Origin: Spirulina sp.
Lineage (GTDB): Bacteria > Cyanobacteriota > Cyanobacteriia > Phormidesmidales > Phormidesmidaceae
Assembly (NCBI GenBank): GCA_044070495.1
Contig: JBIPSI010000010.1
Span: forward strand, 32,001 to 96,000
Direction: 5' to 3'
Length of the DNA stretch: 64,000 bases
This document shows positions 21,775-30,289 of this stretch, in pieces. Position 1 is the stretch's first letter. Each line of letters opens with the position of its first letter. A program made the translations under genes and the position numbers. Under the pieces are notes generated by a model that was given only the letters and a program-made list of their open reading frames with translations, did not search any database and was not told the origin of the DNA.

Positions 21775-22509
21775 CTACCAATTGCGTGGCTGAAATTGCC
21801 TATCGTTGAGAATCGCCATGGTTTCCCCCGACTGCACTAGCACAAACAGGCCTTGGCGATAGGCGTAGCGGTCGGCCCCTGCATCGATGCCAATGCCCGC
21901 CATCGCTCCATAGAGTTGGCGCTGTTCGTATTCCGGGAAAAACTCGCGAAAGCGGATTAATTTCTCCGCAAAGTCCTTCACATCATCCACGCTCAGGCTG
22001 CTTTTCACCTCCACCGCTAGCACATGATTCTGGTTCAACACCAGCACATCAATCTCCATGGAGTCACCGTTCTGGCGCTGCCTGACCCGCTGGCTCACCC
22101 GATGGACGGGAATGCCCCACTCCAGGAAAATGGTCTCGCAGGCTGGGGCCACCAGATTTTCTACAAACAACCCCCACTTGCCGCCCAGACTGCCAATTTG
22201 CTGGCTCAATTGGCGGTTAATGCGGCGATTTTCCGCTGCCGTCTCCTGAAGTTTGCGATCCGTCTCCTGGGACTGTTCCCGCATCAGCCGCTCGGTTTCC
22301 TGGGACTGCTCCCGCATCAGCCGCTCGGTTTCTTGAAAGCGGCGTTCGGCTTCCTGGGAGCGACGTTTAGCTTCCTCAGATTGTGCCTGGAAGAGTTCTC
22401 TGAGTTCCTGGAACTGGTGATCGGTTTCTTGAAAGCGGCGTTCGGTTTCTTGCTGGGCAGTGGCTAGTTCGCCTAACAAACGCCATACATCATCTGCGGT
22501 TGTGGCCAT
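21775..22509 (-). CDS. DUF3782-type coiled-coil protein with C-terminal PD-(D/E)XK domain
   Basis: QETERRF coiled-coil repeats, KWGLFVE, EIDVL..AVEVKS, YAYRQGLFVL. Confidence 0.85.
   Translation of the reverse strand: MATTADDVWRLLGELATAQQETERRFQETDHQFQELRELFQAQSEEAKRRSQEAERRFQETERLMREQSQETERLMREQSQETDRKLQETAAENRRINRQLSQQIGSLGGKWGLFVENLVAPACETIFLEWGIPVHRVSQRVRQRQNGDSMEIDVLVLNQNHVLAVEVKSSLSVDDVKDFAEKLIRFREFFPEYEQRQLYGAMAGIGIDAGADRYAYRQGLFVLVQSGETMAILNDRQFQPRNW
22265..22330. repeat. 33-bp in-frame tandem duplication
   Basis: TCCTGGGACTG(T/C)TCCCGCATCAGCCGCTCGGTT x2, one mismatch. Confidence 0.9.
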
Positions 22510-22702
22510 AGCTGTACGTCGAAGGGTATGTCCTTCTATTTTAATTCGGCTTTAATTCGACTGATTGCATCGGACTAACCATGGCCTGAAGTCATGCCAA
22601 TCGGGCCACGGCATGGGCCGCGATTTTGCCCTGGGAGGCCAGTATAGTGAACTATCAGCATGTAAATAGTCCAAGCATTGGCAAAGCAGGAGATCCCCAA
22701 CC

Positions 22703-23626
22703 ATGGGCGCAGCGGCACAACAGGTCATCGGCATTGATTTAGGCGGATCCGCCATTAAGTTAGGGCGCTTTACGGTCAATGGAGACTGTGTGGCCGAGTT
22801 GACAGTACCCACGCCCCAGCCCTCTACCCCCGCCGCTGTGGTCAGCGCCATTGCCGTTGCCATCGACCAGTTGGATCCTCACCGAAAAGCCGGAGCCATT
22901 GGCCTCGGCACCCCTGGCCCCGCCGATGCCGCCGGACGTGTCGCCCGCGTGGCCATCAACCTAGCGGGCTGGCGCGATGTGCCCATTGCCGACTGGCTAG
23001 AGGAAAAAACCGGACGGCCTACCCTCGTCGCCAACGATGCCAACTGTGCTGGACTGGGCGAGGCATGGCTGGGGGCGGGTCGCCATTTCCAAGACCTAAT
23101 TCTGCTGACCCTAGGAACGGGGGTAGGGGGGGCTGTTGTTTTGAACGGCGAGTTATTTGTGGGCCGTCAGGGCACCGCCGCCGAACTAGGACTGATCACC
23201 CTCAACCCCGATGGGCCACCCTGCAACAGCGGTAACCGAGGATCCCTGGAGCAATACTGCTCTGTCCAAGCCATCCAGCGCCAAACCGGGCGTTCTCCCG
23301 CCGAACTCTACCAACAGGCCCAGGCCGGGGATGGGGAGGCGATCACCTTCTGGCAGACCTACGGACGCTGGCTGGGGGCGGGCTTGGCCAGTTTGGTCTA
23401 CGTCCTCACCCCGGAGGCGATCATTCTGGGGGGTGGGGTGAGTGCCGCCGCCGATCTGTTTTTGCCCACGGTTTTACAAGAACTCGAAGAACGGGTGCTG
23501 CCCAGTTCTCGCGAGGGTCTGCGGGTGCTGATCGCCGAACTGGGTAATCGGGCGGGCATGGTGGGGGCGGCACGGCTGGCCCTGCCCCTGGTGCATCCCG
23601 CCGTACCGGATAATGGAGAGGCTTGA
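22703..23626 (+). CDS. ROK-family sugar kinase
   Basis: GIDLGGS, NDANCA, TLGTGVGG, ELG..CNSGNRGSLEQY. Confidence 0.94.
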   Translation: MGAAAQQVIGIDLGGSAIKLGRFTVNGDCVAELTVPTPQPSTPAAVVSAIAVAIDQLDPHRKAGAIGLGTPGPADAAGRVARVAINLAGWRDVPIADWLEEKTGRPTLVANDANCAGLGEAWLGAGRHFQDLILLTLGTGVGGAVVLNGELFVGRQGTAAELGLITLNPDGPPCNSGNRGSLEQYCSVQAIQRQTGRSPAELYQQAQAGDGEAITFWQTYGRWLGAGLASLVYVLTPEAIILGGGVSAAADLFLPTVLQELEERVLPSSREGLRVLIAELGNRAGMVGAARLALPLVHPAVPDNGEA

Positions 23627-23651
23627 GGTGCCGTCCTAGTCTGGGTTTGCT

Positions 23652-25085
23652 ATGGTTTCTGCTGATTTGCCTATCCACGCCTTTGTCCATCCCCTGGGCC
23701 ACAATCGGGAGGCTATTGAGGCCATCATGCAGACGGTGAGCCAGGGCATTGTCGATTACCTGGCCACGGCGGGCACCCAGGTACCGTTGCCGCCTGGGGA
23801 TGAACTGCCCTACCGACCCATTCCAGCCCAGCCCGTAGCCTGGGCCACCCTCATGGATGACCTCAAGGGCGTGATGGCCGGGGCGATGAATCCAGCCCAT
23901 CCCGGCTACCTAGGGCATATGGATCCTCTGCCCAGCACGGTTTCCATTCTGGGAGATTGGGTGGCGGCAGCCCTCAACAACAACATGCTCAGCGTAGAAA
24001 TGTCGCCCCTCCTGTCGCGGCTAGAGCCGTTACTGATGGCGGAAATCGCGCAGTTGTTTGGATTGGGGGAGCGGGCCGGAGGGCTGTTGGTGAATGGCGG
24101 CACCCTAGCGAATTTACAGGCCCTCACCGTAGCGCGCAATGTCAACCTGGGCTGTCTGAAAACAGGACTGGCGGGCCACGGCAATCCGGTCATCCTAGCT
24201 TCAGAGATGGCCCATACCTCCATCCAAAAAGCGGCCATGGTGCTGGGGCTAGGGCTGGAGGGGGTGATCCTAGTGCCTGCGCCCCAAGGACAGATGGATG
24301 TAGAGGCCCTGGAAACCCTGATTCGCCAAGCCCTCGCCGATGGGAAGCGGCCCTTTGCCATCGTGGCCACTGCCGGAACAACGGTCACCGGGAATATTGA
24401 TCCCCTGCCCGCCATCCAGCGCCTCGCCCAGATCTACGATCTCTGGTTCCATGTGGATGCCGCCTACGGGGGTGCCCTGGCCTTTTCCCCGGCTCATCGC
24501 TATCGGCTGACCGGCATTGAACGGGCCGATTCCGTTACCTTCAACCCGCAAAAGTGGCTCTATGTCACCAAAACCTGCGCCTCGGTCATGTTTCGCGACC
24601 TCAGTCTGCTCCACAGCCACTTCCGCATTCCGGCCCCCTACATGAACAGCGAAACCGACTGGGTCAACCTAGGGGAAATTTCGATTCAGGGTACCCGCCA
24701 CCCCGATATCCTCAAACTTTGGCTATCGCTACAACACCTAGGCCAATCCGGCTGTGCCTCCCTGGTAGACCACGGCTATCACCTAGCGGCGGCGATGGTA
24801 GATCACATCCGCCAGCGCCCTTACCTGACCCTAGCCACGGAACCGGAAATGAACCTGGTGTGCTTTCGGGGCTGTCCTCCCCACCTACAATCTGATCAGT
24901 GGGATGATTGGAATGCCGGATTACAGCAGTTTTTGCTGACCGAAGCCCAAATCTTTCTTTCCCTGCCGCAATGGCGAGGGCAGCGCTGGCTGAAGGCGGT
25001 TCTCCTCAATCCGTTTACCACCGCCGATCACCTCGCCACCCTGTTTGACCAGATTGATCGCTATACCCAGGAAAGCACCCTATAA
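23652..25085 (+). CDS. Group II PLP-dependent decarboxylase
   Basis: AHTSIQKA, ATAGTTVTG.IDP, HVDAAYGG, FNPQKW. Confidence 0.92.
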   Translation: MVSADLPIHAFVHPLGHNREAIEAIMQTVSQGIVDYLATAGTQVPLPPGDELPYRPIPAQPVAWATLMDDLKGVMAGAMNPAHPGYLGHMDPLPSTVSILGDWVAAALNNNMLSVEMSPLLSRLEPLLMAEIAQLFGLGERAGGLLVNGGTLANLQALTVARNVNLGCLKTGLAGHGNPVILASEMAHTSIQKAAMVLGLGLEGVILVPAPQGQMDVEALETLIRQALADGKRPFAIVATAGTTVTGNIDPLPAIQRLAQIYDLWFHVDAAYGGALAFSPAHRYRLTGIERADSVTFNPQKWLYVTKTCASVMFRDLSLLHSHFRIPAPYMNSETDWVNLGEISIQGTRHPDILKLWLSLQHLGQSGCASLVDHGYHLAAAMVDHIRQRPYLTLATEPEMNLVCFRGCPPHLQSDQWDDWNAGLQQFLLTEAQIFLSLPQWRGQRWLKAVLLNPFTTADHLATLFDQIDRYTQESTL

Positions 25086-25107
25086 ACAGCCCCCAGGAAA
25101 ATAAAAA

Positions 25108-25138
25108 GCCCCCAGGAAAGTCACCCTATCCTGGGGGC
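25108..25138. terminator. Stem-loop between convergent genes
   Basis: A-run then GCCCCCAGGA...TCCTGGGGGC; would act as a U-tailed terminator on the minus strand. Confidence 0.5.
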
Positions 25139-25248
25139 AGCGCACTCATAAATTAAGGGAAATCTTACCTAAACTAAGGGAAACCTTATCTCGGATTTCC
25201 CTTGAATGAGGCGCACCGCCCAGATTTACCCATCCCCCCTTATGAAGG

Positions 25249-25412
25249 CTACCACCTATACATAAACCTCTATTCTGCTTAGTTCCTAGGGTTGATCCCC
25301 CCTAGCCCCCTTATGAAGGGGGAAACTGGATTCAAAGTCCCCCTTCACAAGGGGAATTTAGGGGGATCTCCAAGGATTTGTGGCATGAAAGCAGGATGTG
25401 TATGAGCAGTAG
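25249..25412. mobile_element. 164-bp MITE, copy 1
   Basis: Imperfect TIRs CTACCACCTATACA / TGTATGAGCAGTAG; 10-bp flanking duplication CTTATGAAGG / CTTATTAAGG; full-length similarity to 36142-36306 inverted. Confidence 0.85.
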
Positions 25413-25442
25413 CTTATTAAGGGAGAGTACAAGGCAAATCGA

Positions 25443-26072
25443 CTATTCCTCTGTTTCCATGGCGCTCTCCATCTTGGCGGAAATTTTCTCCTTAATCTCC
25501 TCTAGACTAGGCATAAATTCCTTTTTCTTTTCTAGGCCCAGCTTAATCTTTTCGCCAATTTCCTCAGCGGTGGGAGCCATACCAGCCCCAGCGGCATCGG
25601 GTGCAAATTTCTCCTTGGCTTTCATCCCCGCTTCAATTTTCTCAACGATCTCATCCGCCGTAGGCATGAAGAGTTCTTTCTTCTTCATGAAGACTTCCTT
25701 CTTCTGTTCGGGGGTGAGGGCCGCAAACAGCTCTTGGGTGGGAACCGCCTTCATAATGGCTGATAGATCCGCTTTCTGCTCCTTGGTGAGGGCCATGGAT
25801 TTAAAGGCTTTGCGCAAACTAAAGCCATCCTCGATAGCCTGCTCAAATTTCTCCCGCTGATCGGGAAAGAGAATCGCCTCAATCTGAGGAACATACTCAG
25901 ACTCGAGTTGCTCCATCAGCCCTTGTTGGTCGGCATCAAGATCCACCCCTTGCAACCAGGGCAGAACAGAGGACTTGGCCTGGGCCGGGCTGATGGCTAC
26001 CATCATCACCAAGATGGTAGAGATAACAACTGATAGTAACGTCCGTAACATACTGAAAAATCTCCGTATCAA
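25443..26072 (-). CDS. Secreted helical protein (Spy/CpxP-like N-half) with three C-terminal repeats
   Basis: Signal peptide ending PAQA; LT.EQK motifs; repeats MPTADEIVEKI / APTAEEIGEKI / MPSLEEIKEKI. Confidence 0.7.
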   Translation of the reverse strand: MIRRFFSMLRTLLSVVISTILVMMVAISPAQAKSSVLPWLQGVDLDADQQGLMEQLESEYVPQIEAILFPDQREKFEQAIEDGFSLRKAFKSMALTKEQKADLSAIMKAVPTQELFAALTPEQKKEVFMKKKELFMPTADEIVEKIEAGMKAKEKFAPDAAGAGMAPTAEEIGEKIKLGLEKKKEFMPSLEEIKEKISAKMESAMETEE

Positions 26073-26099
26073 AAAACACTAAACTGCCTAGGCGCTGAC

Positions 26100-26900
26100 T
26101 CAAGTCTCTGACGCATTATCTCGCGTAGCCTTGGCATGTTCAGCAAAGGCCACAACCGCCATAAACGATATAACAATTGTAGGCAAAACCAGGCTCCACC
26201 ATGTTTCTGAAATCAAAACAAAATATGTAGCAGCTAGCCCTCCCAGAGCAAACCCAATAATGATTGGAATCACCCGTCCCATACGCTCCATGGATTCCTC
26301 GGCAGCTAAAGACGCTTTTTCATCGGTTTCAGAGGCTAACTTAGAGATGGCAACCTGCACGAGGTCAATGGTGAGCTGCGTCGTATTGCCCGTCATTACC
26401 GTGGTGGGAATGTAACTTTTAAACACGCCCTTAGCTTCCTTCATGATGGCATTTTGGATCGCCATCGCCACCACCCCTGCCATACCAATGGGCAGAATAT
26501 ATTCCTCCTGCACATTAAAAATAAGATAGGGAGAGAAGGTGACCCCAACCCAAAGAAAAATGCAAAGAGCGATGGCTTCGGCGGTGAGCAAAACCGCAAA
26601 GACAGGCCACTGTTTATGACGGGCGTAGCGGGCAAGGAGAGAAGTAGCCGCCACCGCAACCATGAAGGCAGGAAACATCAGCAGATGGGTAATGGTGGAT
26701 TCCTCATCGGCTTGAACAAATTCGTAGCCCGCTAGGGCGATATTGCCTGTAACGTGGGCGGTGAAAATACCAAACAAAATAATAAATGCCGACGTATCCA
26801 CAAACCCAGCAACCCAACTAAGCATAAAGCCAGCGGGGCCATCACTCAGCAGATACTGACCCAGGCTAAAATCAGATTTTTGAGGAGAGGTGGCAACCAT
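26100..26900 (-). CDS. YoaK (DUF1275) family membrane protein
   Basis: LSWVAGFVD, FTAHVTGN, AMAIQNA, TTVMTGNTT. Confidence 0.92.
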   Translation of the reverse strand: MVATSPQKSDFSLGQYLLSDGPAGFMLSWVAGFVDTSAFIILFGIFTAHVTGNIALAGYEFVQADEESTITHLLMFPAFMVAVAATSLLARYARHKQWPVFAVLLTAEAIALCIFLWVGVTFSPYLIFNVQEEYILPIGMAGVVAMAIQNAIMKEAKGVFKSYIPTTVMTGNTTQLTIDLVQVAISKLASETDEKASLAAEESMERMGRVIPIIIGFALGGLAATYFVLISETWWSLVLPTIVISFMAVVAFAEHAKATRDNASET

Positions 26901-27101
26901 AAACTCAGCAGCAGCAAAGGCAAAGAACAGGAAAAAGGGACGTCAAGGATAAGAAAAGGCTGACCAATTTACTCAGCAAGCATACCCCTAGGAGAACGCA
27001 GCAACGCTAAAAAAGCCAACGATGACTCCTAGGAATCTTAAGTATCATCTGGATTGCCTCGGGCTCCATGGTAACAGTGGTCATGAATGGACATCGTCCT
27101 G

Positions 27102-28013
27102 CTAGCTAGCCCCATACTTGCTCACCTTGGGCGCAACGACCTTCACCAACTGATACAGATGATCGTCTAATTTGGGGGCAGCGAGGGCAGTAGGGGCCGA
27201 TTGGGGCGGAGGATCTGTCTGCTGATCGGCGGCATCTTGGGGCATGGACTCATCGTCCCCCTCGTCGGTGACGGGAACCTCCTCTGGTGAAGGCAGTGTC
27301 AGGGAGATCGTTGGTAGCTGGCTAACATCGCTAAATTCGCTGGCGTACCCCCAATTGGTCAACAGGCCGACATAGGGCGTATCTAGGGCCTGAAGCACAA
27401 GGGCCGACCGAGGCGCGGGGTACAGGCTGGGTAAGGTATCGAGGGAACGCCTAGCCGCATCGAGGATGAACCCCTGTTGTTCCGGGGAATCTGGATCCAA
27501 AGCCATAATCTGAACCAGGGCGTTTTCCCCAATGGTAATCGGCACCATCCCCGGTGGGGCCATCGTCTGATCGATGGTAAAGACTGAGGTAAGGCGAGGC
27601 TCTGGCGGATCGAGAATCAGACTACCCCCACCGGGTCTTTCCTTGACAAACTTCTCGTAATACTTGGTGTAGTCCACTTCTTCCGTTTCCGCCAAAGAGG
27701 CTTGGAAGGCTTCGTAGCTAGCGGGATCCTGCCACTGGGTTAGGGTGGCGATGCGACTGCCGTCGGTGCTGGTCAGGAGCGCAAATCGTTCAAATCCATC
27801 AATCTGTTTATAGAAGGATCGACTGGTTTTCAGTAAGGCTTTGACCACATCCGCCTGACTATCAGCCGTGGACTCGTAGACCGACAACACAACCGTGGTT
27901 GCAGAGTCGTCAAACACTAGGGGCTGAACTAACTTATCAGCCCAACCGGGGGCCACCCAACCCCATCCGTAGGCCATTACAGCCAGCAACACACCAAACA
28001 CAACGCGAACCAT
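27102..28013 (-). CDS. Exported protein with ABM-like (dimeric alpha/beta barrel) domain
   Basis: Signal peptide; GF..FALLTSTDGSRIATLTQWQDPASYEAF pattern. Confidence 0.65.
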   Translation of the reverse strand: MVRVVFGVLLAVMAYGWGWVAPGWADKLVQPLVFDDSATTVVLSVYESTADSQADVVKALLKTSRSFYKQIDGFERFALLTSTDGSRIATLTQWQDPASYEAFQASLAETEEVDYTKYYEKFVKERPGGGSLILDPPEPRLTSVFTIDQTMAPPGMVPITIGENALVQIMALDPDSPEQQGFILDAARRSLDTLPSLYPAPRSALVLQALDTPYVGLLTNWGYASEFSDVSQLPTISLTLPSPEEVPVTDEGDDESMPQDAADQQTDPPPQSAPTALAAPKLDDHLYQLVKVVAPKVSKYGAS

Positions 28014-28235
28014 GGAGCAAATACCTAAGCAACAGGGCGACCAACTCAAGCAGTACTAAACTCAGCACTTGCTCCTCAGGACAAGGGGGTGACAGGGCTG
28101 ACTGGCTCGGCTTTTTATCCTAGCCCTAGCAATGAGGGCTATTTGTTAAACTCAATACCATTTTTTCAATACCCCCTGGGCTTACCCCTGAGCCGCCAAT
28201 CCGGTTGGCCCAGAGCCTCGGCCTCGGCGAATGCT

Positions 28236-28277
28236 GTACTTGCAGCTACAGATTCAAAGGGTGAGGTTCGCTATAAG
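28236..28277 (+). promoter_or_regulatory. NtcA-activated-type promoter upstream of the permease
   Basis: (T)GTA-CTTGCAGC-TAC(A) at 28236-28249, then 22 nt, then TATAAG (28272-28277, 5/6 to TATAAT). Confidence 0.6.
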
Positions 28278-28289
28278 ACTGTATACAGT
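28278..28289. promoter_or_regulatory. Perfect 12-bp palindrome ACTGTATACAGT over the predicted start site
   Basis: Directly abuts the -10 box; near-identical copy at 9816-9827. Confidence 0.6.
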
Positions 28290-28529
28290 ACACCAAGAAT
28301 GCCATTAAACCTCTGGTCTTCTTTGAGGCCGGAGGGGCTTAAATTCTGTCTTCGGATAGGTGCCAGTCGGGAAAGATGGTGTTCAAGGCCCCCGGAAACG
28401 CCATTGTTTGTAGCTCTAAACACAAAAAAACTCATGGGTGCTTGCCATTCTTTGGGAGATGTGAAGGCCAATGGGGTTTCCTTGCGGTTTTAGTAAATGT
28501 TTTTGGAAATGACTTGATAGGGAGGATAC

Positions 28530-30053
28530 ATGACCCAGGCTGATTATGAAGGCTCTGGCCCAATAGCCGCCGAGCCCGCCGATGATATCGTTGAGTACGA
28601 CACAGGCATACTCTACGGCTTGCTAGACAAGCCTCCCGTGGGCGAAGCGGCCTTTGTGGCCATGCAGCACGTCTTAGCTTCCTTCGTAGGGATTATTACG
28701 CCACCCCTGTTGATTTGTTCCGCCCTTGGCGTGGATCCTGCGAATACCAGCTTCATCATCAGTATGTCGCTGTTTGCCAGCGGCCTATGTACGTTTATTC
28801 AGTGCAAACGCATTGGCCCTGTCGGTTCGGGTCTGCTGAGTTTGCAGGGCACCAGCTTTGCTTTTCTCGGCCCCATCATTGGGGTAGGAACAGCCGCCGT
28901 TAATGGCGGTGCCACCCCAGAACAGGCGCTAGCGCTCATCTTTGGGGTCTGTTTTTTTGGCTCCTCGGTGGAAATTATCCTCAGTCGCTTCCTGCACCTA
29001 GCTCAGGAAATCATCACGCCGCTAGTGGCGGGTACCGTGGTGATGATCATCGGCCTCAGCCTAATTAAAACAGGGATTTTTAGTTTGGCAGGGGGCGGGC
29101 CAGCCAAGCGCATTAGTGGGATCTTTGCCCAGCCCGAAAATGCCGGGTTGAGCCAAGCGACCGTGGATGGCGTGACCTTTAGGGCGGCTGATGCCTTTGG
29201 TAGCACTCAAAACCTAGCCCTAGGCTTTTTGGTTTTGGCCATCGTCACCCTGCTCACGCTGTCGAATAACCGCATTTTGCGGATGGGGGCGATTGCCATT
29301 GGCCTGATTATTGGCTATGTGATTGCCTTTTTCTTGGGCCTCGTCAACTTCAGTAACCTCAGCCAGCTACCCATCGTGCGGTTCCCCATCCCGATGCGGT
29401 TTGGCTTCGACTTCAACTTTGCCGCCTTTGCCCCCTTCCTCATTCTGTATCTGATCACCGCCGTTGAAACCATCGGCGATCTCACGGCCACTTCCGCTGT
29501 GTCTGGGGAACCGGTGAAAGGGCCGATTTACTTCCGGCGCATCAAGGGAGGCGTGTTAGGAGATGGTGTGAACTCCGCCATTGCCGCCCTGCTCAACACC
29601 TTCCCGAATACCACCTTTAGCCAAAATAACGGCGTGATTCAGATGACCGGGGTCGCCAGCCGCTACGTGGGTTTCTATGTGGCGGGTATTTTCGCCATCC
29701 TGGGTCTGGTGCCCATCGTTGGCGGAGTATTTCAAGCGATTCCGCAGCCCGTCTTAGGCGGAGCGACCCTGATCATGTTTGGTTCCATCGCTGTGGCTGG
29801 CCTCAACATTGTGGCCTCCACGGGGCTGGATCGCCGCTCCATCATTCTGGTGGCCATTTCCCTAGCCCTGGGCCTAGGGGTGGTCTATCACCCGGAAATT
29901 TTTGATGGCAAACCGGCCCTGATCAAAAACATTTTCTCGTCGGGGATTTCCACCGGTGGTTTGACGGCCATCGTTCTAAACACCGTCCTACCGGGTCGGC
30001 CTAAGGTGCCCTCCTTCCGAGAATCGCTGGCTGAAGCCGAAGCCGAAGCCTAG
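28530..30053 (+). CDS. NCS2 xanthine/uracil permease
   Basis: QHVLA, QGTSFAF, ETIGD, TTFSQNNGVIQMTG NAT signature; GGAGG RBS. Confidence 0.96.
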   Translation: MTQADYEGSGPIAAEPADDIVEYDTGILYGLLDKPPVGEAAFVAMQHVLASFVGIITPPLLICSALGVDPANTSFIISMSLFASGLCTFIQCKRIGPVGSGLLSLQGTSFAFLGPIIGVGTAAVNGGATPEQALALIFGVCFFGSSVEIILSRFLHLAQEIITPLVAGTVVMIIGLSLIKTGIFSLAGGGPAKRISGIFAQPENAGLSQATVDGVTFRAADAFGSTQNLALGFLVLAIVTLLTLSNNRILRMGAIAIGLIIGYVIAFFLGLVNFSNLSQLPIVRFPIPMRFGFDFNFAAFAPFLILYLITAVETIGDLTATSAVSGEPVKGPIYFRRIKGGVLGDGVNSAIAALLNTFPNTTFSQNNGVIQMTGVASRYVGFYVAGIFAILGLVPIVGGVFQAIPQPVLGGATLIMFGSIAVAGLNIVASTGLDRRSIILVAISLALGLGVVYHPEIFDGKPALIKNIFSSGISTGGLTAIVLNTVLPGRPKVPSFRESLAEAEAEA

Positions 30054-30289
30054 TCGTCCATCGAGTTGATCGGCAGAAGATGTCGATCCACCCGTTGATG
30101 GTTATCCCAGTGGTGCCGTTCGCTTGGGCACAACGCAACGGTTTTTCCATGCCCCATGGGCGTTATACCTGCGCAATCGCTTGTCCTAGCCGTTGAAGAC
30201 ACCCTGGGAAACCCAAGGATCTATGGTCATTGAGCACCCATAGATTCTCATTGCAGTAGACCGCTCTTACTTTGGTGTGAGGAGAACGA

